Assembly (NCBI GenBank): GCA_964016885.1
Contig: OZ024740.1
Span: 262,942,001 to 263,006,000, forward strand
DNA length: 64,000 bases
Direction: 5' to 3'
Source: Eledone cirrhosa
Lineage: Eukaryota
Part shown: positions 47,300 through 60,306 of the stretch, one piece after another
How the letters are laid out: each line of letters starts with the position of its first letter
Position numbering within the stretch: position 1 is the stretch's first letter
Made by a program: the position numbers and the translations under genes
The notes under the pieces: model-generated
Told to the model about the DNA's origin: nothing
What the model saw: the letters and a program-made list of their open reading frames with translations, nothing else
Database searches by the model: none

Positions 47300-50200
47300 A
47301 CAGTAACAACACCAGTTACAACAACAGTAACAACATCACTAACAACAACAGTAACAACATCAGTAACAATACCAGTAACAACAACAGTAACAACATCAGT
47401 AACAACATCAGTAACAACAACAGTAACAATATCAGTAACAATACCAGTTACAACAACAGTAACAACATCAGTAACAACATCAGTAACAACAACAGTAACA
47501 ACATCACTAACCACATCAGTAACAACATCAGTAACAATACCAGTAACAACATCAGTAACAACATCAGTAACAACATCAGTAACAACAACAGTAACAACAT
47601 CAGTAACAACAACAGTAACAATACCAGTAACAACAACAGTAACAACAGTAACAACACCAGTAACAACACCAGGAACAACACCAGTAACAATGACAGTAAC
47701 AATGACAGTAACAACAACAGTAACAACAGTAACAACAACAGTAACAACACAAGTAACAACACCAGTAACAACACCAGTAACAACATTAGTAACAACATCA
47801 GTAACAACATCAGTAACAACACCAGTTACAACAACAGTAACAAAACCAGTAACAACCCCATTAACAACATCAGTAACAAAAACAGTAACAACACCAGTAA
47901 CAACATCAGTAACAACATCAGTAACAACATCAGTAACAACATCAGTAACAACACCAGTAACAACACCAGTAACAACAAGAGTAACAACAACAGTAACAAC
48001 ATCAGTAACAACTTCAGTAACAACATCAGTAAAAACACCAGTAACAACAACAGTAACAACACCAGTAACAACATCAGTAACAGCACCAGTAACAACATCA
48101 GTAACAACAATAGTAACAACACCAGTAACAACAATAGTAACAACAACAGTAACAACAACAGTAACAACACCAGTAACATCAACAATAACAACACCAGTAA
48201 CAACATCAGTAACAACATCAGTAACAACAACAACAACAACAACACCAGTAACCACATCAGTAACAACAACAGTAACAACATCAGTAACAACATCAGTAAC
48301 AACAACAATGACAACAACAGTAACAACAACAGTAACAACATCAGTAACAACAACAGTAACAACATCAGTAACAACATCGGTAACAACACCAGTAACAACA
48401 TCAGTAACAACAACAGTAACAACAACATTAACAACAACAGTAACAACATCAGTAACAACATCAGTAACAACATCAGTAAAACAACAGTAACAGCATCAGT
48501 AACAACATCAGTAACAACAACATTAACAACAACAGTAACAACGTCAGTAACAACTTCAGTAACAACATCAGTAACAACACCAGTAACAACATCAGTAACA
48601 ACACCAGTAACAACACCAGTAACAACACCAGTAACAACAACAGTAACAACAACAGTAACAACATCAGTAACAACCTCAGTAACAACACCAGTAACAACAC
48701 CAGTAACAATACCAGTAACAACATCAGTAACAATACCAGTAACAACAACAGTAACAACATCAGTAACAACATCAGTAACAACAACAGTAACAACAACAGT
48801 AACATCATCAGTAACAATACCAGTAACAACAACAGTAACAACAGTAACAACAACAGTAACAACATCAGTAACAACATCAGTAACAACACCAGTAAGAACA
48901 TAAGTTACAACAACAGTAACAACATCAGTAACAACATCAGTAACAACAACAGTAACAATACCTGTAACAACATCAGTAACAACACCAGTAACAACAACTG
49001 TAACAACAACATTAACAACACCAGTAACATCAACAGTAACAGCACCAGTTACAACAACAGTAACAAAATCAGTAACAACATCAGTAACAACAACAGTAAC
49101 AACATCACTAACAACAACAGTAACAACATCAGTAACAACATCAGTAACAACACCAGTTACAACAACAGTAACAACATCAGTAACAACATCAGTAACAACA
49201 ACAGTAACAACATCACTAACAACAACAGTAACAACATCAGTAACAATACCAGTAACAACAACAGTAACAACATCAGTAACAACATCAGTAACAACAACAG
49301 TAACAACATCAGTAACAATACCAGTTACAACAACAGTAACAACATCAGTAACAACATCAGTAACAACAACAGTAACAACATCACTAACCACACCAGTAAC
49401 AACATCAGTAACAATACCAGTAACAACAACAGTAACAACATCAGTATCAACATCAGTAACAACAACAGTAACAACATCAGTAACATCATCAGTAACAATA
49501 CCAGTAACAACAACAGTAACAACAGTAACAACACCAGTAACAACACCAGTAACAACACCAGTAACAATGACAGTAACAACAACAGTAACAACAGTAACAA
49601 CAACAGTAACAACACCAGTAACAACACCAGTAACAACACCAGTAACAACATTAGTAACAACATCAGTAACAACATCAGTAACAACACCAGTTACAACAAC
49701 AGTAACAACACCAGTAACAACCCCATTAACAACATCAGTAACAAAAACAGTAACAACACCAGTAACAACATCAGTAACAATATCAGTAACAACTTCAGTA
49801 ACAACATCAGTAAAAACAACAGTAACAACAGCAGTAACAACATCAGTAACAACAACAATGACAACAACAGTAACAACAACAGTAACAACATCAGTAACAA
49901 CAACAGTAACAACATCAGTAACAACATCAGTAACAACACCAGTAACAACATCAGTAACAAAAACAGTAACAACACCAGTAACAATATCAGTAACAACATC
50001 AGTAACAACAACAGTAACAACACCAGTAACATCAACAATAACAACACCAGTAACAACATCAGTAACAACATCAGTAACAACAACAACAACACCAGTAACC
50101 ACATCAGTAACAACAACAGTAACAACATCAGTAACAACATCAGTAACAACAACAATGACAACAACAGTAACAACAACAGTAACAACATCAGTAACAACAT

Positions 50201-50370
50201 CAGTAACAACACCAGTAACAACATCAGTAACAACAACAGTAACAACAACATTAACAACAACAGTAACAACATCAGTAACAACATCACTAACAACATCAGT
50301 AACAACAACAGTAACAGCATCAGTAACAACATCAGTAACAACAACATTAACAACAACAGTAACAACATCA
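47300..50370. repeat. Imperfect duplication: ~47300-48540 versus ~49150-50370 (offset ~1865-1877 in the first part)
   Basis: ORF pairs 47448/49325 and 47826/49691. Both copies share CACTAACCAC, AATGACAGT, ACCCCATTA and GTAACCACATC. Confidence 0.7.
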
Positions 50371-53300
50371 GTAACAACTTCAGTAACAACATCAGTAACA
50401 ACAACAGTAACAACAGCAGTAACAACACCATTAACAACACCAGTAACAACAACAGTAACAACAACAGTAACAACTTCAGTAACAACACCAGTAACAACAC
50501 CAGTAACAACACCAGTAACAATACCAGTAACAAGAACAGTAACAACACCAGTCACAACATCAGTAACAACATCAGTAACAACATCAGTAACAACACCAGT
50601 AACAACATCAGTAACAACACCAGTAACAACACCAGTAACAACACCAGTAACAACAACAGTAACAACAACAGTAACAACATCAGTAACAACCTCAGTAACA
50701 ACACCATTAACAACACCAGTAACAATACTAGTAACAACATCAGTAACAACACCAGTAACAACACCAGTAACAACACCAGTAACAACATCAGTAACAACAT
50801 CAGTAACAACATCAGTAACTAACACCAGTAACAACATCAGTAACAGCATCAGTAACAACATCAGTAACTAACACCAGTAACAATACCAGTAACAACATCA
50901 GTAACAACACCAGTAACAACACCAGTAACAACATCAGTAACAACATCAGTAACTAACACCAGAAACAACAACGGTAACAACATCAGTAACAACATCAGTA
51001 ACAACATCAGTAACAACATCAGTAACAACAGTAACGACACCAGTAACAACACCAGTCACAACAACAGTAACGACACCAGTAACAACATCACTAACAACAA
51101 CCGTAACGACACTAGTAACAACACCAGTAACAACAACAGTAACAACATCAGTAACAACATCAGTAACAACAACAGTAACGACACCAGTAACAACATCGGT
51201 AACAACACCAGTAACAACACCAGTAACAACAACAGTAACAACACCAGTAACAACAACAGTAACAACAACAGTAACAACCACAGTAACAACATCAGTAACA
51301 ACATCAGTAACAACACCAGTAACGACACCAGTAACAATACCAGTAACAACATCAGTAACAACAACAGTAACAACATCATACACAACACCAGTAACAACAG
51401 CAGTAACAACAACAGTAACAACACCAGTAACAACACCCGTAACAACACCAGTAACAACAACAGTAACACCAACAGTAACAATATCAGTAACAACATCAGT
51501 AACAGCACCAGTAACAACACCAGTAACAATACCAGTAACAACATCAGTAACAACACCAGTAACAACATCAGTAACAACATCAGTAACAACAACAGTAACA
51601 ACATCAGTAACAACAACAGTAACAACAACAGTAACAACATCAGTAACAACATCAGTAACAACACCAGTAACAACACCAGTAACAATACCAGTAACAACAT
51701 CAGTAACAACACCAGTAACAACATCAGTAACAACATCAGTAACAACAACAGTAACAACAACAGTAACAACACCAGTAACAAATAACAGTAACAACACCAG
51801 TAACACCATCAGTAACAACATCAGTAACAACATAAGTAACAACATCAGTAACAACACCAGTAACAACACCAGTAACAACAACAGTAACAACACCAGTAAC
51901 AGCAACAGTAACAACAACACTAACAACAACAGTAACAACATCAGTAACAACATCAGTAACAACATCAGTAACAACATCAGTAACAACATCAGTAACAACA
52001 ACAGTAACAACACCAGTAACAACAACAGTAACAACACCAGTAACAACAACAGTAACAACAACACTAACAACAACAGTAACAACAACACTAACAACAACTG
52101 TAACAACACCAGTAACAACATCAGTAACAACATCAGTAACAACATCAGTAACAACATAAGTAACAACATCAGTAACAACACCAGTAACAACACCAGTAAC
52201 AACAACAGTAACAACACCAGTAACAACAACAGTAACAACAACACTAACGACAACAGTAACAACACCAGTAACAACATCAGTAACAACATCAGTAACAACA
52301 TCAGTTTACAACATCAGTAACAACATTAGTAACAACAACAGTAACAACAGTAACAACACCAGTAACAACAATAGTAACATCAACAGTAACAACAACAGTA
52401 ACAACACCAGTAATAACAACAGTAACAACTACAGTAACAAAATCAGTAACACCAGTAACAACAACAGTAACAAGAACAGTAGCAACATCAGTAACACCAG
52501 TAACAACACCAGTAACATCAACAATAACAACACCAGTAACAACACCAGTAACAAGATCAGTAACATCAACAGTAACAACAACAGTAACAACACCAGTAAT
52601 AACAACAGTAACAACTACAGTAACAAAATCAGTAACACCAGTAACAACAACAGTAACAACAACAGTAGCAACATCAGTAACACCAGTAACAACACCAGTA
52701 ACATCAACAATAACAACACCAGTAACAACACCAGTAACAAGATCAGTAACAACAACAGTAACAACAACATTAACAACAACAGTAACAACATCAGTAACAA
52801 CATCAGTAACAACATCAGTAACAACAACAGTAACAGCATCAGTAACAACAACAGTAACAACAACATTAACAACAACAGTAACAACATCAGTAACAACTTC
52901 AGTAACAACATCATTAACAACAACAGTAACAACAGCAGTAACAACACCAGTAACAACACCAGTAACAACAACAGTAACAACAACTGTAACAACATCAGTA
53001 ACAACCTCAGTAACAACACCAGTAACAACACCAGTAACAATACCAGTAACAAGAACAGTAACAACACCAGTAACAACATCAGTAACAACATCAGTAACAA
53101 CATCAGTAACAACACCAGTAACAACATCAGTAACAACACCAGTAACAACACCAGTAACAACACCAGTAACAACACCAGTAACAACAACAGTAACAACAAC
53201 AGTAACAACAACAGTAACAACATCAGTAACAACCTCAGTAACAACACCAGTAACAACACCAGTAACAATACCAGTAACAACATCAGTAACAACACCAGTA

Positions 53301-54565
53301 ACAACATCAGTAACAACATCAGTAACAACATAAGTAACTAACACCAGTAACAAGATCAGTAACAACATCAGTAACAACATCAGTAACTAACACCAGTAAC
53401 AATACCAGTAACAACATCAGTAACAACACCAGTAACAACACCAGTAACAACATCAGTAACAACATCAGTAACTAACACCAGAAACAACAACAGTAACAAC
53501 ATCAGTAACAACATCAGTAACAACATCAGTAACAACACCAGTAACAACATCGGTAACAACACCAGTAACAACACCAGTAACAACAACAGTAACAACAACA
53601 GTAACAACAACAGTAACAACATCTGTAACAACATCAGTAACACCACCAGTAACAACACCAGTAACAATACCAGTAACAACATCAGTAACAACAACAGTAA
53701 CAACATCGGTAACAACACCAGTAACAACAGCAGTAACACAACAGTAACAACACCAGTAACAACACCCGTAACAACAGCAGTAACAACAACAGTAACACCA
53801 ACAGTAACAACATCAGTAACAACATCAGTAACAGCACCAGTAACAACACCAGTAACAATACCAGTAACAACATCAGTAACAACACCAGTAACAACATCAG
53901 TATCAACATCAGTAACAACAACAGTAACAACATCAGTAACAACAACAGTAACAACAACAGTAACAACATCAGTAACAACATCAGTAACAACACCAGTAAC
54001 AACACCAGTAACAATACCAGTAACAACATCAGTAACAACACCAGTAACAACATCAGTAACAACATCAGTAACAACAACAGTAACAACAACAGTAACAAAA
54101 CCAGTAACAAATAACAGTAACAACACCAGTAACAACATTAGTAACAACATCAGTAACAACATAAGTAACAACATCAGTAACAACACCAGTAACAACACCA
54201 GTAACAACAACAGTAACAACACCAGTAACAACAACAGTAACAACAACACTAACAACAACAGTAACAACATCAGTAACAACATCAGTAACAACATCAGTAA
54301 CAACAACAGTAACAACACCAGTAACAACAACAGTAACAACACCAGTAACAACACCAGTAACAACATCAGTAACAACATCAGTAACAACATAAGTAACAAC
54401 ATCAGTAACAACACCAGTAACAACACCAGTAACAACAACAGTAACAACACCAGTAACAACAACAGTAACAACAACACTAACAACAACAGTAACAACACCA
54501 GTAACAACATCAGTAACAACATCAGTAACAACATCAGTTTACAACATCAGTAACAACATTAGTAA
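49150..54565. repeat. ~5.4-kb block duplicated at ~58585-64000 (offset 9435, then 9432)
   Basis: ORF pairs 49567/59002, 50861/60296, 52301/61736 and 53380/62815 (9435), then 53682/63114 (9432) after a 3-bp loss near 62895. Confidence 0.92.
52374..52745. repeat. 186-bp local tandem duplication (also present in the copy at ~61809-62180)
   Basis: The series GTAATAAC-AACTAC-AAAATC-GTAGCAAC-CATCAACAAT-AAGATC occurs twice. ORF boundaries at 52429/52615 and 61864/62050 give the period. Confidence 0.85.
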
Positions 54566-55314
54566 CAACAACAGTAACAACAACATTAACAACATCAGTA
54601 ACAACAACAGTAACAACAGCAGTAACAACAACAGTAACAACAACAGTAACAACAACAGTAACAACAACAGTAACAACAACAGTAACAACAACAGTAACAA
54701 CATCAGTAACAACAACAGTAACAACACAAGTAACAACATCAGTAACAACAACAGTAACACCACCAGTAACAACAACAGTAACAACACCAGTAACAACAAC
54801 AGTAACAACACCAGTAACAACAACAGTAAAAACAACAGTAACAACATCAGTAACAACAACGGTAACAACAACAGTAACAACACAAGTAACAACATCAGTA
54901 ACAACAACAGTAACAACACCAGTAACAACAACAGTAACAACACCAGTAACAACAACAGTAACAACACCAGTAACAACACCAATAACAACACCAGTAACAA
55001 CAACAGTAACAACAACAGTAACAACACCAGTAACAACAACAGTAACAGCACCAGTAACAACAACAGTAACAACACCAGTAACAACAACAGTAACAACAAC
55101 AGTAACAACACCAGTAACAACAACAGTAACAACAACAGTAACAACATCAGTAACAACAACAGTAACAACACAAGTAACAACATCAGTAACAACAACAGTA
55201 ACAACACCAGTAACAACAAAAGTAACAACAACAGTAACAACAACAGTAACAACACCAGTAACAACAACAGTAACAACAACAGTAACAACATCAGTAACAA
55301 CAACAGTAACATAA

Positions 55315-58300
55315 CAAGTAACAACAACAGTAACAACAACAGTAACAACAACAGTAACAACACCAGTAACAACAACAGTAACAACACCAGTAACAACAAC
55401 AGTAACAACACCAGTAACAACAACAGTTACAACAACAGTAACAACACCAGTAACAACAACATTAACAACAACAGTAACAACACCAGTAACAACAACAGTA
55501 ACAACACCAGTAACAACATCAGTAACAACAACAGTAACAACACAAGTAACAACATCAGTAACAACACCAGTAACAACAACAGTAACAACAACAGTAACAA
55601 CATCAGTAACAACACCAGTAACAACAACAGTAACAACAACAGTAACAACACCAGTAACAACAACAGTAACAACAACAGTAACAACATCAGTAACAACATC
55701 AGTAACAATACCAGAAACAACAACAGTAACAACACCAGTAACAACACCAGTAATAACAACAGTAACAACACCAGTAACAACAACAGTAACAACACCAGTA
55801 ACAACATCAATAACAACAACAGTAACAACACAAGTAACAACATCAGTAACAACACCAGTAATAACAACAGTAACAACTACAGTAACAAAATCAGTAACAC
55901 CAGTAACAACAACAGTAACAACAACAGTAGCAACATCAGTAACAACACTAGTAACAACAACAGTAACAACAATAGTAACAACACCAGTAACAACATCAGT
56001 AACAACAACAGTAACAACAACAGTAACAACAACAGTAACAACAACAGTAACAACACCAGTAACAACATACGTAACAACATCAGTAACAACATCAGTAACA
56101 ACAATAGTAACAACAACAGTAACAACATCAGTAACAACACCAGTAACAACAACAGTAACAACATCAGTAACAACATCAGTAACAACAACAGTAACAACAT
56201 CAGTAACAACACCAGTAACAACAACAGTAACAACACCAGTAACAACACCAGTAACAACATCAGTAACAACAACAGTAACAACAACAGTAACAACACCAGT
56301 AACAACATCAGTAACAACAACAGTAACAATAACAGTAACAACATCAGTAACAACACCAGTAACAACATCAGTAACAACAACAGTAACAACAACAGTAACA
56401 ACAACAGTAACAACATCAGTAACAACATCAGTAACAACAACAGTAACAACAACAGTAACAACAACAGTAACAACAACAGTAACAACATCAGTAACAACAC
56501 CAGTAACAACATCTGTAACAACAACAGTAACAACACCAGTAACAACATCAGTAACAACAACAGTAACAACAACAGTAACAACACCAGTAACAACATCAGT
56601 AACAACAACAGTAACAACAACAGTAACAACATCAGTAACAACACCAGTAACAACAACATCTCCAGTAACAACAACAGTAACAACACCAGTAACAACATCA
56701 ATAACAACAACAGTAACAAGACCAGTAACAACAACAGTAACAACACCAGTAACAACAACAGTAACAGCACCAGTAACAACATCAGTAACAACATCAGTAA
56801 CCACAACAGTAACAACAACAGTAACAACAACAGTAACAACAACAGTAACAACATCAGTAACAACACCAGTAAGATCATCAGTAACAACAACAGTAACAAC
56901 AACAGTAACAACAACAGTAACAACATCAGTAACAACATCAGTAAAAACATCAGTAACAACACCAGTAACAACACCAGTAACAACATCAGTAACAACACCA
57001 GTAACAATATCAGTAACAACAACAACAGTAACAACAACAGTAACAACACCAGTAACAACAACAGTAACAACAACAGTAACAACACCAGTAACAACACCAG
57101 TAACAACAACAGTAACAACAACAGTAACAACAACAGTAACAACAGTAACAACACATGTAACAACACCAGTAACAACATCAGTAACAACACCAGGAACAAC
57201 ATCAGTAACAACACCATTAACAACATCAGTAACAACAACAGTAACAACAACAACAGTAACAACAACAGTAACAACTACAGTAACAACACCAGTAACAACA
57301 ACAGTAACAACATCAGTAACAACAACAGTAACAACAACAGTAACAACACCAGTAACAACACCAGGAACGACATCAGTAACAACAACAGTAACAACACCAG
57401 TAACAACAACAGTAACAACAACAGTAACAACAACAGTAACAACAACAGTAACAACAACAGTAACAACATCAGTAACAACACCAGTAACAACATCAGTAAT
57501 AACAACAGTAACAACAACAGTAACAACAACAGTAACAACAAAAGTAACAACACCAGTAACAACAACAGTAACAACAACAGTAACAACAACAGTAACAACA
57601 ACAGTAACAACACCAGTAACAACATACGTAACAACACCAGTAACAACACCAGTAAAAACAATAGTAACAACAACAGTAACAACATCAGTAACAACATACG
57701 TAACAACACCAGTAACAACAACAGTAACAACAGTAACAACACCAGTAACAACACCAGTAACAACATCAGTAACAACAATAGTAACAACAACAGTAACAAC
57801 ATCAGTAACAACATACGTAACAACACCAGTAACAACAACAGTAACAACAGTAACAACACCAGTAACAACATCAGTAACAACACCAGTAACAACAACAGTA
57901 ACAACACCAGTAACAACACCAGTAACAACAACAGTAACAACAACAGTAACAAAATCAGTAACAACAACAGTAACAACAACAGTAACAACAACAGTAACAA
58001 CACCAGTAACAACATACGTAACAACACCAGTAACAACACCAGTAAAAACAATAGTAACAACAACAGTAACAACATCAGTAACAACATACGTAACAACACC
58101 AGTAACAACAACAGTAACAACAGTAACAACACTAGTAACAACATCAGTAACAACACCAGTAACAACAACAGTAACAACACCAGTAACAACACCAGTAACA
58201 ACATCAGTAACAACAACAGTAACAACAACAGTAACAACACCAGTAACAACATCAGTAACAACAACAGTAACAACAACAGTAACAACATCAGTAACAACAC

Positions 58301-60306
58301 CAGTAACAACATCAGTAACAACAACAGTAACAACAACAGTAACAACAACAGTAACAACATCAGTAACAACATCAGTAATAACAACAGTAACAACAAAAGT
58401 AACAACAACAGTAACAACAACAGTAACAACATCAGTAACAACACCAGTAACAACATCAGTAACAACAACAGTAACAACACCAGTAACAACATCAGGAACA
58501 ACATCAGTAACAACAACAGTAACAACACCAGTAACAACAACAGTAACAACACCAGTAACAACAACAGTAACAACAACAGTAACAACACCAGTTACAACAA
58601 CAGTAACAACATCAGTAACAACATCAGTAACAACAACAGTAACAACATCACTAACAACAACAGTAACAACATCAGTAACAATACCAGTAACAACAACAGT
58701 AACAACACCAGTAACAACATCAGTAACAACAACAGTAACAACATCAGTAACAATACCAGTTACAACAACAGTAACAACATCAGTAACAACATCAGTAACA
58801 ACAACAGTAACAACATCACTAACCACACCAGTAACAACATCAGTAACAATACCAGTAACAACAACAGTAACAACATCAGTAACAACATCAGTAACAACAA
58901 CAGTAACAACATCAGTAACATCATCAGTAACAATACCAGTAACAACAACAGTAACAACAGTAACAACACCAGTAACAACACCAGTAACAACACCAGTAAC
59001 AATGACAGTAACAACAACAGTAACAACAGTAACAACAACAGTAACAACACCAGTAACAACACCAGTAACAACACCAGTAACAACATTAGTAACAACATCA
59101 GTAACAACATCAGTAACAACACCAGTTACAACAACAGTAACAACACCAGTAACAACCCCATTAACAACATCAGTAACAAAAACAGTAACAACACCAGTAA
59201 CAACATCAGTAACAATATCAGTAACAACTTCAGTAACAACATCAGTAAAAACAACAGTAACAACAGCAGTAACAACATCAGTAACAACAACAATGACAAC
59301 AACAGTAACAACAACAGTAACAACATCAGTAACAACAACAGTAACAACATCAGTAACAACATCAGTAACAACACCAGTAACAACATCAGTAACAAAAACA
59401 GTAACAACACCAGTAACAATATCAGTAACAACATCAGTAACAACAACAGTAACAACACCAGTAACATCAACAATAACAACACCAGTAACAACATCAGTAA
59501 CAACATCAGTAACAACAACAACAACACCAGTAACCACATCAGTAACAACAACAGTAACAACATCAGTAACAACATCAGTAACAACAACAATGACAACAAC
59601 AGTAACAACAACAGTAACAACATCAGTAACAACATCAGTAACAACACCAGTAACAACATCAGTAACAACAACAGTAACAACAACATTAACAACAACAGTA
59701 ACAACATCAGTAACAACATCACTAACAACATCAGTAACAACAACAGTAACAGCATCAGTAACAACATCAGTAACAACAACATTAACAACAACAGTAACAA
59801 CATCAGTAACAACTTCAGTAACAACATCAGTAACAACAACAGTAACAACAGCAGTAACAACACCATTAACAACACCAGTAACAACAACAGTAACAACAAC
59901 AGTAACAACATCAGTAACAACACCAGTAACAACACCAGTAACAACACCAGTAACAATACCAGTAACAAGAACAGTAACAACACCAGTCACAACATCAGTA
60001 ACAACATCAGTAACAACATCAGTAACAACACCAGTAACAACATCAGTAACAACACCAGTAACAACACCAGTAACAACACCAGTAACAACAACAGTAACAA
60101 CAACAGTAACAACATCAGTAACAACCTCAGTAACAACACCATTAACAACACCAGTAACAATACTAGTAACAACATCAGTAACAACACCAGTAACAACACC
60201 AGTAACAACACCAGTAACAACATCAGTAACAACATCAGTAACAACATCAGTAACTAACACCAGTAACAACATCAGTAACAGCATCAGTAACAACATCAGT
60301 AACTAA
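55315..60306 (+). other. Stop-to-stop open frame of ~1660 codons, (Val-Thr-Thr-[Thr/Ser/Pro])n, mucin PTS-like; coding status unsupported
   Basis: TAA at 55312-55314, then no in-frame stop seen until the end of ORF 59002..60306 (same frame). The first ATG is at 59002. There is no signal peptide, folded domain or unique sequence. Confidence 0.15.
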
